From assembly GCA_052390515.1 (NCBI GenBank), contig JBQTGV010000058.1:27924-91923 (forward strand): a stretch of DNA of 64,000 nt, given 5' to 3'. The notes beneath the pieces were generated by a model. The model did not search any database. It was not told the origin of the DNA and was given only the letters and a program-made list of their open reading frames with translations. A program made the translations under genes and the position numbers. Source of the DNA: Candidatus Eiseniibacteriota bacterium (GTDB taxonomy: Bacteria; ARS69). Below, one piece after another: positions 30,142-40,760 of the stretch (within the stretch, counting starts at the first letter, position 1; each line of letters starts with the position of its first letter).

Positions 30142-31068
30142 ATGAGGGCGGGTCCGGCCTTCCCGCGCGGCGAGTGGGCGAAGTCACCGCTGCGCCTCTT
30201 CGACGGCGACCGCGTGCAGGCTCAGCTGGAGGACGGAGACTGGGTCGCGGGCGTCCTCCGCGTGGTGGGTCACGGTCTCGAGATCCTCTACGACGAGCCG
30301 CGCGCCGTCTCCGGCTGCATCGAGTCCAGCCGCTTCCTCGACCGCGAGCACGCCGCGCGGCTCCGGGTCATCCTCCGCCCGCAGAACCTCTGGACCGACG
30401 CGGTGCGCGCGCGCCGCGAGGATCAGATCTGGTTCTGCTCGCACCCGACCCTGCCCCACCGCCTGCGCCGCTGGGCGCGGGAGATCCTCCACCGGGATCC
30501 GATCGCCGCCGAGCCGCTGCTGCGCCGCTACATCGGCCGCCGCGTGCTGGTCGAAGCGAGCCAGGGGCCGCGCAAGCTCCTCGCCTCCGGTCTCCTGCTC
30601 TCCTTCGACCGGGAATTCCTCGCGCTCGCCGATGCCACGCTTCCCGCTGAGACGCAGCTCCCCCTCTGCCCGGGGAAGACCGCGGGCGCGGATCTGGAGA
30701 TCCTCTGGAACGACGACGGCCTCGAGCTGTTCAACCGGGGGCCCGTCACCGTGAGCGTGCTGGGTCTTCGCACCGCCGACGGCCTCCGCCCGTGGGAAAT
30801 CGTGCTCCGGCCCGGCTTCCGGGAGCGGACCGGCCTGCGTCGTTCGCCGGCGGGTACCGTGGAGCTCGTGTTCGAGAGTCCCGTCAAGGGCGACGCCGTC
30901 TTGCCGCGTGCGTCGTTTCGCGTGCGGGGCGGTTCGGAGGGCGCCATCGCCTTGCCGGCGCTCCCGGATCTCGCGACGATGGCGGACCTGCCGAGCCCGG
31001 CCGCCGTCGAGGCGCTCGAATCGGAGCGGCTCAGGAACACCGGGCTCGCCGAGCCCTCCGCGGTCTGA
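30142..31068 (+). CDS. Hypothetical protein with two Sm/LSm-like segments
   Basis: RBS and ATG at 30142. '[23 protein letters not shown]' and '[13 protein letters not shown]...[16 protein letters not shown]' resemble the Sm1 pattern. Confidence 0.7.
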   Translation: MRAGPAFPRGEWAKSPLRLFDGDRVQAQLEDGDWVAGVLRVVGHGLEILYDEPRAVSGCIESSRFLDREHAARLRVILRPQNLWTDAVRARREDQIWFCSHPTLPHRLRRWAREILHRDPIAAEPLLRRYIGRRVLVEASQGPRKLLASGLLLSFDREFLALADATLPAETQLPLCPGKTAGADLEILWNDDGLELFNRGPVTVSVLGLRTADGLRPWEIVLRPGFRERTGLRRSPAGTVELVFESPVKGDAVLPRASFRVRGGSEGAIALPALPDLATMADLPSPAAVEALESERLRNTGLAEPSAV

Positions 31069-31132
31069 CTGGTCGGGCGCGGCCTTCGCCCTTAGAATGC
31101 CGGGTCCGTTCACACCCACATCGAGGAAGACG

Positions 31133-32248
31133 ATGTCCCGAATCCACCGGATGCTTCTCGCCGTCGTTCTCCTGGCGGCCTGCGGCCCCGCCACCGTCCG
31201 AGCGGAGGACCCAGCCGTGAAGGAAGCGACGAAGGCCGACGGCCTCTACGCCGTCTTCGAAACCAGCATGGGCACGATCGTGTGCAAGCTCCACTATGAC
31301 AAGGTCCCGGTCACGGTCGCGAACTTCGTCGGTCTCGCCACGGGCGGAATCGAGTGGAAGGACCCGAAGACTGGCACGATGGTGAAGCGGCCGTTCTACG
31401 ACGGACTCAAGTTCCATCGCTGCATCAAGGAGTTCATGATCCAGGGCGGCTGCCCGCTGGGAAACGGCCGCGGGGATCCCGGCTACAAGTTCACCGACGA
31501 GTTCGACGCGTCTCTCCGTCATGACGGACCCGGCGTGCTCTCCATGGCGAACTCCGGGCCGAACACGAACGGCAGCCAGTTCTTCATCACGCACGTCGCG
31601 ACACCCTGGCTGGACGACAAGCACTCCGTCTTCGGACGCGTCGTGCTCGGGCAGGGGGTCGTCAACCAGATGGGCGAGGTCCCCATGAAGGGTCCGGGAA
31701 CGGAGCCGTCGGTTCCGGTGAAGGACATCTTCCTGACCAAGCTCAGCATCGTGCGGACCGGTGCCGCAGCCCAGGCGTTCGACTGGAACGCGGCCTGGTC
31801 GAAGCGCGACGAGGCCGCGGGGCGGCTGGCCGGCCAACGGGAGAAGGCGACGCTGGACGGACTGGCGACCGTCTGCAAGCAGCTCGGTGTGGACGTGGCG
31901 AAGTCGGTGAAAACCCCGAGCGGGCTCCGCTACATCGTCAAGCAGGAAGGCAAGGGCGACAAGCCGAAGTCCGGCAAGAGCATCTCGGCCCACTACACCG
32001 GGTATCTCACCGACGGAACGAAGTTCGACTCCAGCCGGGACCGGGGCAAGCCGTTCCAGACGCCGATCGGGATCGGACGTGTGATCAGGGGCTGGGACGA
32101 GGCTTTCCTGGACATGAAGGCCGGCGAGCAGCGCGTGCTCATCATCCCCCCCGAGCTCGGCTACGGCTCCCAGGGAACCCCCGGCGGTCCCATCCCGCCG
32201 AACGCGACGCTCGTATTCGACGTGGAGCTGGTCAGCTTCACGAAGTGA
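31133..32248 (+). CDS. Exported peptidyl-prolyl isomerase, cyclophilin + FKBP fusion
   Basis: Cyclophilin motifs [26 protein letters not shown] and WLD.KH; FKBP motifs HYTG...FDSS, VIRGWDE, YG and IPPNATL.F.VEL. Confidence 0.93.
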   Translation: MSRIHRMLLAVVLLAACGPATVRAEDPAVKEATKADGLYAVFETSMGTIVCKLHYDKVPVTVANFVGLATGGIEWKDPKTGTMVKRPFYDGLKFHRCIKEFMIQGGCPLGNGRGDPGYKFTDEFDASLRHDGPGVLSMANSGPNTNGSQFFITHVATPWLDDKHSVFGRVVLGQGVVNQMGEVPMKGPGTEPSVPVKDIFLTKLSIVRTGAAAQAFDWNAAWSKRDEAAGRLAGQREKATLDGLATVCKQLGVDVAKSVKTPSGLRYIVKQEGKGDKPKSGKSISAHYTGYLTDGTKFDSSRDRGKPFQTPIGIGRVIRGWDEAFLDMKAGEQRVLIIPPELGYGSQGTPGGPIPPNATLVFDVELVSFTK

Positions 32249-32416
32249 GGCGACGCAAGAATCCGCCAACGTTCTCCAACGGCCGGCTCGCGACGTTCGG
32301 ATCCCTCGGTCCGGCCGTCGCGGCGGCCGATGAGATCGGGAATGCCCCAGGTTCCCGGACCACCGGGGTTGGGATATGCTCGATCGTCCCCCCCGGGCCA
32401 GCCACGGGAGTAGTCC

Positions 32417-32983
32417 ATGAACGTCTGCGTGTATTGCTCGTCCAGCGACCGCGTCGCCCGCATGTACTTCGAGGCGGCGGCCGAGCTCGGCCGGCTGCTC
32501 GGAGAGCGGAAGAACAATCTCGTGTACGGCGGCGGCAACACCGGGCCGATGAACGCGCTGGCCGTCGCCGCCAAGGAAGCCGGCGGCCGCGTCATCTCCG
32601 TGATCCCGCGTGCGTTCGATCGCCGGGGTCTGCGCTTTCAGAGCTCGGACGAGACCGTCGTCACCGACGACCTGCAGAGCCGGCGTCTCACCATGGTCAA
32701 GGGTTCGGACGTGTTCGTGGCGTTGCCGGGAGGGTACGGCACGCTCGAGGAGGTCGCCGAGAACCTGACCATGCGGCAGCTCGGCTTGCACCAGCGTCCG
32801 ATCTCGCTGGTCAACGTGGGCGGCTTCTGGAACGGGTTCCTCTCGTTCCTGGATCAGCTGGAGCGTGACGGCTTCATTCTTCCCGAGCACCGCCGACTGG
32901 TGCACGTCGCCGAGCGGCCCCGGGACGCGATGGAGTATCTCGACCGGTACGCACCGGTCGATCTGCCCGACAAGTGGTCCTGA
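32417..32983 (+). CDS. LOG family nucleotide phosphoribohydrolase (TIGR00730-like)
   Basis: LVYGGG and PGGYGTLEE motifs. Confidence 0.92.
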   Translation: MNVCVYCSSSDRVARMYFEAAAELGRLLGERKNNLVYGGGNTGPMNALAVAAKEAGGRVISVIPRAFDRRGLRFQSSDETVVTDDLQSRRLTMVKGSDVFVALPGGYGTLEEVAENLTMRQLGLHQRPISLVNVGGFWNGFLSFLDQLERDGFILPEHRRLVHVAERPRDAMEYLDRYAPVDLPDKWS

Positions 32984-33020
32984 CGCGCAGCGAACCTCGC
33001 CGCGCGCCGCGCCACTCCCC

Positions 33021-35363
33021 TCAGAACAGCTCCAGCTGCGAGTCGTCTCCGACCACACGGTCGAAGTCCAGGCCCAGCAGTCCGAGGACCGGTTCCGCGA
33101 CCGGACGGATCTGCCGCTGCACGTAGTGCTCATGGTCGATCGGGGACCTTCGCTCCGCAGCCGGCTCCGCTCCCTCCCTGGTCATGACGTACTCGACGAC
33201 CCATCCGGGCCCGCGCCGCATCTTCCGCGCGGCGGCCACGTGCGGAGGCGTCGAGGCCACGTACGCGTCGAGCCGCTTGCGCAGCCCCTTCCGGTACACG
33301 AGCATCTCATCGAGCCGGCCCGCGCGCAGGTCCGCCACGACCGTCTTCAAGTACTCGGCGACCGGCGCATCGGCGAAGAGCCGGGCGAACAGCTCGCGCT
33401 GCACGCGCTTGGCCAGTTCGGTCCAGTCGCGGCGCACGGCCTCGTGTCCGGTGAGCACCAGACGCGTGCCCTCGCCCTCCCGCGCGAGGCCGGCGTACCG
33501 CTTCCGGGCACCGGCAGAGCCGCCGCGTACCGCCGGAAGGAAGAGGCGAACGTAGATCCGGTCGATCTCGAGCCGAAGACGGCTCTCCACGCGCCACCGC
33601 GCGGCGACCCACGCCGCGAGATCGCGGTTCAGCAGCTCGACGAGCTCGTTCGCCAGACGCTCGGCCTCGTCCGTGCTCTCGCGGCCGGACTCCACGAACA
33701 GGCTGTCGGTGTCGCCGTAGAGCACGCGGAAGCCCTCGCGCTCCACGCGCGCCTTCGCCCACAGGAGCACCTCGCGCCCGAACCCGGTGATCGCGTTGGC
33801 CAGCGCCGGCGAGGCGAAGCGGCACGCCGACGTGCCCAGCACACCGTAGAACGAGTTCATCAGGATTTTGATGGCGACGTTCGCGGCGCGGTCGCCGGAG
33901 CGCTTCGCCGCTTCGCGGCGCGGGAAGAGCGCGTCGAGGATTCCGGGTAGGATCCCGGGCTCGCGGCGGAACCGCGCACCGTTCGGCGCGACGATCGGAT
34001 CGTCGTACTCCGCCGGCTCGACGACGCGGCCGAGCGGGTCGATCTGGAACGTGCGGATGATGCTGGGATAGAGGCTCTGGAAGTCGAGCACGATGACGTT
34101 GCGGAAGAGTCCCGGCGTCGGCTCCAGCACGTGGCCGCCGCCCAGTTCCTCGGGCACGGACCACGGCCGCACCGTCGGCGCGACCATCCCGCGCCGCCCG
34201 AGCTCGGACAGATACAGGAAGTCGAAGGAGGCGATGCTGGCCGCCACCCGATCCGGCGGCATGCCGGTGAGGCGGCTTCGCTCCACCGCCAGCGGCAGCA
34301 GCTGCAGCTTCTCGAGCACCGCGAGCACGAGCTCCGCGTCGCGGCGGTTGTACGCGGCGAGCTTCTCGCGGTCCTTGCGGAATGCGTCCAGGATCTCCTG
34401 CGCGCGCCCCGGGCCGGCCATGCTCTTGCCTTCACCCAGCACCTCCCTGGCCACGGAGTCCAGGGAGTAGCTCTCGAACCGCAGGAACGCGCCACGCAGC
34501 AGGGCGATCCCGTCGAGCACGAGCCGACCCGGCAGGCGGGCCTCGCTCGGCGCGCGCGGCGAAGCGGCCGGCCGGATGCGCAGCGGATCGGATCCCCTCC
34601 CGAGCGCGAGCGGAACGCCGCAGCGCTCGGCGATGCCCGCGAGTACGGCGAGATCGAAGTCGACGACGTTCCAGCCGGTCAGCACGTCCGCGTCGATCCG
34701 CCGGACGCGGTCGACGAACGCCGAGAGCAGGTCGCGCTCGGTGGCGAAGGGAACGGCGTTGGCCGGGCACGGCCAGCCGGGCGGCGTGAGCAGCAGGACT
34801 TCGGATGTTCCGCACCCGACGAGCGCGATGGACAGCACGCGTCGCGCTTGCGGATCGGTCTCGATGTCGATGGAGAGAGCGCGCAGCGCCGGCGACCAGT
34901 CCGCCGCCTCGACGTCCGGGTTCTCGAAGACGCGGTCCACGTCCGTCCCGGGCCTCGACGGACCTTCGATGCGCAGCGATCCCCGGATCCCGCGATCGAT
35001 CAGCCAGCGCACCGCGAAACGCACGTCGGCCTCGAACGTCTCGATGCCGCGCTCGATGAGCCGGTCCCGAACCGCGGGCGCGTCCTGCGGCCGGCGCACC
35101 CCGACGCGCGCGACCGGCTCTCCCCGCATCGTCTTCCGGCCGCGGTCGTCCGGGCCGACGTCGGCGCCGAGCTCTCTCGCTCGCGCGGCATCGTCGGCAC
35201 GGATCCAGAAGACGGGCTGCTGCCGATCGTCGCGGAGGCGGAACGACCCGCCGCCTTCCAGAATGCCGTGGAGCACGACGACGGCACGTCCGCTCTCGAC
35301 GCGGTAGGAGGCGTCGAGCAGGAAGCCGAGGACGCTCGCCGGTCCGCTCACCTCACTCGACAT
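33021..35363 (-). CDS. polB: DNA polymerase II (family B)
   Basis: Exonuclease motifs DIET, GWN..FD and YN..D; polymerase motifs DFQSLYPS, KILMNSFYG and YGDTDSLF. Confidence 0.93.
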   Translation of the reverse strand: MSSEVSGPASVLGFLLDASYRVESGRAVVVLHGILEGGGSFRLRDDRQQPVFWIRADDAARARELGADVGPDDRGRKTMRGEPVARVGVRRPQDAPAVRDRLIERGIETFEADVRFAVRWLIDRGIRGSLRIEGPSRPGTDVDRVFENPDVEAADWSPALRALSIDIETDPQARRVLSIALVGCGTSEVLLLTPPGWPCPANAVPFATERDLLSAFVDRVRRIDADVLTGWNVVDFDLAVLAGIAERCGVPLALGRGSDPLRIRPAASPRAPSEARLPGRLVLDGIALLRGAFLRFESYSLDSVAREVLGEGKSMAGPGRAQEILDAFRKDREKLAAYNRRDAELVLAVLEKLQLLPLAVERSRLTGMPPDRVAASIASFDFLYLSELGRRGMVAPTVRPWSVPEELGGGHVLEPTPGLFRNVIVLDFQSLYPSIIRTFQIDPLGRVVEPAEYDDPIVAPNGARFRREPGILPGILDALFPRREAAKRSGDRAANVAIKILMNSFYGVLGTSACRFASPALANAITGFGREVLLWAKARVEREGFRVLYGDTDSLFVESGRESTDEAERLANELVELLNRDLAAWVAARWRVESRLRLEIDRIYVRLFLPAVRGGSAGARKRYAGLAREGEGTRLVLTGHEAVRRDWTELAKRVQRELFARLFADAPVAEYLKTVVADLRAGRLDEMLVYRKGLRKRLDAYVASTPPHVAAARKMRRGPGWVVEYVMTREGAEPAAERRSPIDHEHYVQRQIRPVAEPVLGLLGLDFDRVVGDDSQLELF

Positions 35364-35397
35364 GAGGGAACTCCCGTCCCGAGTGTCCGAGGTGCGC

Positions 35398-36852
35398 TCA
35401 CTCTACCACGAAGGCATGCAGCACCGGCCGGCCGCTCGCGTCCTCGAACGTGAGGGCTGCCGGCGGCAAGCGTCCGCCGAAGTGCGCGAGCAGCATGCCG
35501 TGCAGCCGCCCACCGTCCCAGACGACGAGAGAGGCACCTTCGCGCATGCGCGCCGCGAACTCGGGCGCGGGCATTCCCTCGCGCTCCGGGTTCAGGAACT
35601 CGAACGGAGCGTCCCGTCCGAGGTAGTAGCGCAGCGGCCACTCCAGCCAGTAATCCTCGACGATGACCGGCGGGCGCGGGCCGGAGGCCTCGGCACGCGC
35701 GCGGAGCGCATCCGCCGCCGCCCGCTTGGGGTCGACCGCAGCGGTGCGGTACGTGCGATGTGCTTCGCCGCCGTTGCGCAGCACGTGCACGGGATACGCC
35801 AGGGCGAAGTGCGCACAGAGCGCGGCGCAGGCGAGCGCGGTCGCCGGGACGGACGCGCGTAACGAGCCGAGCGCCGCCGAGACCACGACGACGGCGGGAA
35901 CGACGGTCCAGAGCGCGTAGCGCTCGTACTCGGGCGAGAACGCACCCGGCCCGGCCACGAAGTAGAAGACGAGCAGCGCGGCGGCCTCGCCGAGAACGAG
36001 AGCGGGAAAGCGGCGAATCCCGACGAGGCGCGCGGCGATCGACGCCGCCAGCACCGTCGCGACCAGCGTCTGCTCGGCGGCGGCGGGCATCCAGCTCCCC
36101 GCGAAGTGCTCGTACACCGACGGTCCGCCGAGGAGGCGCGCGTATCCGAAGGCGAAGAGCCGCACGGCGCGCCAGGAGAAGGCCTGGGGAAACGAGCGCT
36201 CCGGATCGTAGGTCTCCGGCAGCGGCAGGGCGACGAGGAGGGCGAGAGACAGTGCGACGATTCCGGCGGCGAGTCCCGCGAGCACGGCGACGCCGCGGCC
36301 GCCGCGCGGCACCCGGTCACGGACGAAGAGCAGCGCGGCGATCGGCAGCGCGAACCCGACCACGGGGTGCGCGAGCAGGCCGGCCGCCGTGACGACGAGA
36401 ACCGGGCCGACTCTCCCGCGAAAGGCGAAGTACAGGAGCGCCGCGGTCGCGAGCGGGATCAGCGCCGGCTCCCAGCCGATGCGCGAGTAGGCGACGAACG
36501 GCGGCAGGCTCGCGGCCAGCATCGCCGCGACGACTCCGCACCGCGTGCCGAACGCGGAGCGCACCAGCCAGCCGATCAGCGCCACCGCGGCGAGACCGGA
36601 CACGACGGCCAGCCCGCGCAGCGCGAGCACGGAGGGGCCGAAGACCTGCTGCAGGAGCCAGACCGGAGCGAACCAGGCAGGGCTCGCCGTTCGACCGGTC
36701 GGGGTCTCGAGCGCAGTCACGGACAGGGGACTCCTCTCGAGCGCGCGTACCCCGTACCACGCCTCGTCGCCGGAGAGGCCGGGCACGTTTTCGAGGAACA
36801 CGATGCGGAGCACGACACCGGCCAGGACCACGGCCGCGAGCAGGAACCTCAA
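35398..36852 (-). CDS. GT-C (family 39-like) membrane glycosyltransferase
   Basis: 'PGLSGDEAWYG', YSR.GWE and ERY motifs, many TMs. TTG start overlaps the upstream TGA. Confidence 0.72.
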   Translation of the reverse strand: MRFLLAAVVLAGVVLRIVFLENVPGLSGDEAWYGVRALERSPLSVTALETPTGRTASPAWFAPVWLLQQVFGPSVLALRGLAVVSGLAAVALIGWLVRSAFGTRCGVVAAMLAASLPPFVAYSRIGWEPALIPLATAALLYFAFRGRVGPVLVVTAAGLLAHPVVGFALPIAALLFVRDRVPRGGRGVAVLAGLAAGIVALSLALLVALPLPETYDPERSFPQAFSWRAVRLFAFGYARLLGGPSVYEHFAGSWMPAAAEQTLVATVLAASIAARLVGIRRFPALVLGEAAALLVFYFVAGPGAFSPEYERYALWTVVPAVVVVSAALGSLRASVPATALACAALCAHFALAYPVHVLRNGGEAHRTYRTAAVDPKRAAADALRARAEASGPRPPVIVEDYWLEWPLRYYLGRDAPFEFLNPEREGMPAPEFAARMREGASLVVWDGGRLHGMLLAHFGGRLPPAALTFEDASGRPVLHAFVVE

Positions 36853-38393
36853 CGAGCGTCGGCCCCCACGACTCGCCAGTTGTCGAAGACTTCGGGGTGG
36901 ATGACGCGCCGTTCGCGGATGTACTCCGCCAGGATCCTGCGAATCTCTCGGCCGGTGCGTTGCACGACGCGGGCCCGGCGGAGAGGCTCGTAGCCGCCGC
37001 CGCCCTGGGCGCGGTAGCTCGTGACCGCCATCGTCGTCGTTCGCTCCGCCGGCCACTCCTCGCCGTCAAAGGTGAGCCGCACGACGCGGTCCAACGGAGC
37101 CCGCGCGGGGTCGATCACGTACTCGCAGCCGGCGATGGAATCGTGGTTGTACAGGCTCACGCGCGGGTCGAGCGGCGGAGGATCCCCGTTCCGCGCCGGC
37201 CCCACGTAGGTGAGAGCGACCTGCTCCAGATAGTCACGAAGGTCTCGGACGCGGAGCTCCAGGATCGTGAGGTCGTTCTCGTAAGGATAGATTCGAAAGA
37301 GATCTCCCAGCGTGATCGGGCCCTCGCGGACCTCCTCGTTCGCCCGGAAGAGCGCCGTGGAGGAGAGGCGCGCTCCCGAGGCCCAGAACTGCACGCGGTT
37401 GACCAACGAGAGGACCGCGTTGTCGCGATAGCGCGCTCCGGCGACGCGGAAGGGCGCGGCGGCCGTTCCCACCACCTCGGCCGTCCGTCGCGCTCCTTCC
37501 CGTTCCGTCGCCTCGACGAGCGCGGCGACGCGCGGGTCGGCCGGGACGCCGACGCCCGCGGCGACGATCCTCGAAGTGACGAGCGGACGTGCCCCGTCCG
37601 CGCGCAGCTCCACGATCCCGAGCGCTTCACCCCGCGAGCCTGCCTGCACCGCAGGAGTCCCGCGCTTCCCGCGCCGCTCGACGATCTCGTGCGTGTGCGC
37701 CATGAGCACCACGTCGGCCGCATCGGTCCGGGCCAGGATCTCGCCGATGGCGTTCTCGTGCGGAAGCGGATCCTCGAGCCCGCCGTCGGTGACTCCCTCC
37801 CAGCCCATGTGCGCCGCGATCACGATGACGTCGGCCTCCCGTCGAAGTGCGGGCAGCCACTCCTCCACCGTCTCGACGGCGTCGCGGAAGGTGAGCCCGC
37901 GGTAGTTCCACGGTTCCTCCCACCGCGGGACCTGGGGCGTGGTGATGCCCAGCACCGCGATGCGCAATCCTCCCCGCTCGAGGCGCAACACCGGATCGAA
38001 GAACGGCCGTCCCTCCGGGTCGAGCACGTTCGCTCCGAGGATGGGGAACCGCGCGGTCCTCCGGAGCGCTTCGATCCAGTGCATGCCGAAGTTGAAGTCG
38101 TGGTTGCCGATCACCATCCCGGCGCAGCCGGTCTCGTTCAGAAACCGCACCATGGGATGGATCTCGCCGGTGCGCTCCGTCGTATGGAGGTACGACGCCG
38201 GAGTCCCCTGGACGAGATCGCCGAGGTCGAGGTAGATCGCGTCCGGTGCCTGCTCCCGGGCGGCAGCGAGAAGCGTGGCCACGCGACCGATCCCGCCCGG
38301 ACGCGGCTCCCCGGAGAAGGGATCCTCCGAGCCGAGGCAGCCGTGGAGGTCGCCGGTGAAGAGCAGCGTGACGTGGGGAGGAGTCGTGGGCAC
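36849..38393 (-). CDS. Bifunctional metallophosphoesterase/5'-nucleotidase
   Basis: DLHG, GDLVQG, GNHDFN, H.G, HTH, YPYEN and YRAQGGGGY motifs; GTG with GGAG RBS. Confidence 0.9.
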   Translation of the reverse strand: MPTTPPHVTLLFTGDLHGCLGSEDPFSGEPRPGGIGRVATLLAAAREQAPDAIYLDLGDLVQGTPASYLHTTERTGEIHPMVRFLNETGCAGMVIGNHDFNFGMHWIEALRRTARFPILGANVLDPEGRPFFDPVLRLERGGLRIAVLGITTPQVPRWEEPWNYRGLTFRDAVETVEEWLPALRREADVIVIAAHMGWEGVTDGGLEDPLPHENAIGEILARTDAADVVLMAHTHEIVERRGKRGTPAVQAGSRGEALGIVELRADGARPLVTSRIVAAGVGVPADPRVAALVEATEREGARRTAEVVGTAAAPFRVAGARYRDNAVLSLVNRVQFWASGARLSSTALFRANEEVREGPITLGDLFRIYPYENDLTILELRVRDLRDYLEQVALTYVGPARNGDPPPLDPRVSLYNHDSIAGCEYVIDPARAPLDRVVRLTFDGEEWPAERTTTMAVTSYRAQGGGGYEPLRRARVVQRTGREIRRILAEYIRERRVIHPEVFDNWRVVGADAR

Positions 38394-39390
38394 GTCGGAT
38401 CTCCAGGCGCTCCGGGCGTTTCCCGGACGCGGTCGAACCGGGCAGGATAGAGGATCCGCCTGCCCGCCGCCAGCGCCGAGGCGTACCGGCGGCATCCGGG
38501 GGCTCGCCGGCCTGCTGGGGATCGCGCTCACGCTCTGGGCGGCGCCCCTCGTGGCCACGGCGGCGCCGGCTCCCCAGGACTCGCTTCGACCGGCGCCGTC
38601 CCCGCGCTGGATCTTCGCCCTGGAAGACACGCTCCGCATCGAGACGGACTTCACGACGCCCATGGTCGAGATCGTCGCGGAACGGCTGCGCATCGGAGAG
38701 ATCGTGGACCGCTGCATCCGACGCGAGGAGGAGCTCGCCGGGCGGATCGAGTCGCACGAGTACACCATGCTCTCCCAGGCCGTGTTCACCGTCGGCGAAC
38801 CGGGGCCGGCCGCCGAGCGAGCCATGGTCGTCGAGCAGGCGGACCGCCACTTCTTCCGGAAGCCGAACGAGCGCCGCACGATCCCGCTCAAGCGCGACTC
38901 GTGGCGAATCGAGGGCGGCGAGCGTAAGCCCTGGGACGCGGACGACGAGGACACGACCGTGCAGGTCACGTACGACGACCTCGCGGATCTCCCCTTCTAC
39001 CTGGGCGACCGGGGCAACTACGACTTCGAGATCCTCTCGCGGCGTATCGTCGGCGATCGGGTGTTCTACGAGGTGCGTCTCACGCCGAAGTCGGATTTCG
39101 AGATCGCGCCGTCGGGTCGGATCTGGGTGGACACGTCGACGTTCTCGATCGTCCGCGAGGAGTTCGACTTCGGCGATCGCGTGCCGCTTCCGATGTTCAT
39201 CAAGCGCGTCGGGCCCTACGTCCGGGAGCGCGAGCGGATCGGCGATCTGTGGGTGTGGAAACGGGTGCTGATCCGGGTTGAGCTTCGCGGAGGGCTGTTC
39301 CGCTGGATGAACCGCGACGTTCCCGACGTTGCGGAGTTCGTCGTGCTGTTCCAGGATCACCGCCTGAACCAGGAGTGGTCGACCCAGTGA
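38386..39390 (+). CDS. Secreted hypothetical protein (start codon unresolved)
   Basis: Signal-like segment, then 'Y.FEI....VG.R..YEV...PK......GRIWVD..TF.IVR'. Coupled to the next gene. Confidence 0.65.
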   Translation: MGTSDLQALRAFPGRGRTGQDRGSACPPPAPRRTGGIRGLAGLLGIALTLWAAPLVATAAPAPQDSLRPAPSPRWIFALEDTLRIETDFTTPMVEIVAERLRIGEIVDRCIRREEELAGRIESHEYTMLSQAVFTVGEPGPAAERAMVVEQADRHFFRKPNERRTIPLKRDSWRIEGGERKPWDADDEDTTVQVTYDDLADLPFYLGDRGNYDFEILSRRIVGDRVFYEVRLTPKSDFEIAPSGRIWVDTSTFSIVREEFDFGDRVPLPMFIKRVGPYVRERERIGDLWVWKRVLIRVELRGGLFRWMNRDVPDVAEFVVLFQDHRLNQEWSTQ

Positions 39391-40706
39391 ATCGCCTGCT
39401 CGCCGCCGCGCTGCTCGCGGCTTCCCCCGCACTTGCACAGGACGTGCCGCCGGACTCGGCCGCCGTGCCGCCGGCGGTCCTGGACGCCGCACCGGACTCC
39501 GCCGCGACCGAGATCGACGCGTACCTTCAGGGACTGCAGGCGCAGACCGAACAGTCCTTCCGCGTGGACGCGTTCTCCATGTCCGCGGCCGAAGTGGACA
39601 GCGCGATCCGTGCGTGGCAGGACAGGGACACCAGCGTGGCGTACGGAGCTCCCGAGCCGAGGTGGCGGACGCGTCTCGAGATCGGGGCGGTCCGCTACAA
39701 CCGAGTCGAAGGCATGAACGTGATGCCTCGCGCGACGGTCGAGTTGCCGACGCGCTTCCCGCTCGAGTTCTCCGCGGGCGCCGGCTACGGCTGGGCGGCG
39801 CGCGAGCCGACCTGGCACGGGGGTGCGCGCGTCGAGATTCCCTGGCCGCGCCGGGGAACTTCGCTCTCGGCTTCTCACCGGAGAGACGTCTACGCGTACG
39901 GGGCCGGAGGCGTGCCGGGCAACAGCGTCATCGCGCTGGCCAGCGGGAAGGACTACGCGGACTACTTCCGCGGCGAAGGGTGGTCGGCGGCCGTCGGCGT
40001 GCCCGTGGGTCGTGTGCGCCTGGGCGCCGCATGGCAGGCCGAGCTGCAGGAGACCCTCGCGAACGAGGCCCGCTTCACGCTCTTCGAAGGGAAGCAGGAC
40101 TTCCGCTCGAACCCGCCGATCGACGACGGCCGTCTGCGCGCGGTGGAGCTCGCTCTCGGGTGGGGCGATGCCTCCGCCGGCTCCTTCGCCGGCGACCTGC
40201 GCGTCGCACGCGCCGGCTCGGGGCTGGGCGGGAGCTTCGAGTACGACCGCGTGCGGGCCGAAGTCGTGACGCGGCGGCGCCTCTGGTTCGGCGACGAGCT
40301 CAAGGCGCGATGGATCGGCGGATCCGTTCGCGGGGAACCTCCGTTCCAGGCGCTGCACCACGTCGGCGGGACGAGGATCCTGCGCGGCTACGAGATCAAC
40401 GAGTTCGCCACGCGGCGGTTCGCGCAGGTCGCGGTGGACTACAAGATCGGCACCGACCTTCTGGGATTCGTGCCGTTCGTTCGCCATCTGCGACTGCAGC
40501 CGGTTCCGTTCTTCGACGCGGCCGTCGTCACGGAGACGCCTGCCTCGAGCGAGGTGTTCTGGCGCTTCAGCACGGGCGCCGGGATCCAGCGCAACCTGCT
40601 CGGGCTGCCCGGCGGCAAGGGCGAGGTGCGCCTCGACGTCGCGCGGCGGCTGGACCGCGGCGACGGCGCGATGACCTATCGGCTCGGATTCACCGTGGAG
40701 CGCTGA
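39387..40706 (+). CDS. Outer-membrane beta-barrel protein (Omp85/DUF5686-like)
   Basis: Signal peptide, RYNRVEG, DYADYF, LRGY..NEF and amphipathic beta strands. Confidence 0.75.
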   Translation: MNRLLAAALLAASPALAQDVPPDSAAVPPAVLDAAPDSAATEIDAYLQGLQAQTEQSFRVDAFSMSAAEVDSAIRAWQDRDTSVAYGAPEPRWRTRLEIGAVRYNRVEGMNVMPRATVELPTRFPLEFSAGAGYGWAAREPTWHGGARVEIPWPRRGTSLSASHRRDVYAYGAGGVPGNSVIALASGKDYADYFRGEGWSAAVGVPVGRVRLGAAWQAELQETLANEARFTLFEGKQDFRSNPPIDDGRLRAVELALGWGDASAGSFAGDLRVARAGSGLGGSFEYDRVRAEVVTRRRLWFGDELKARWIGGSVRGEPPFQALHHVGGTRILRGYEINEFATRRFAQVAVDYKIGTDLLGFVPFVRHLRLQPVPFFDAAVVTETPASSEVFWRFSTGAGIQRNLLGLPGGKGEVRLDVARRLDRGDGAMTYRLGFTVER

Positions 40707-40712
40707 CGAAAG

Positions 40713-40743
40713 AGGCCTGGTCTCCTCGGGGGAGCCGGGCCTT
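40713..40743. terminator. Probable bidirectional terminator between convergent genes
   Basis: GC-rich stem AGGCCTGG.CTCC/GGAG.CCGGGCCT with A-rich and pyrimidine-rich flanks. Confidence 0.6.
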
Positions 40744-40760
40744 CTCCTCTTTGGCGCGCC

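Noticed and set aside
33021-35363. Family B polymerase as a sign of a prophage, casposon or pipolin
   Set aside because: It is a typical cellular Pol II among housekeeping genes, with no integrase, Cas1 or terminal repeats.
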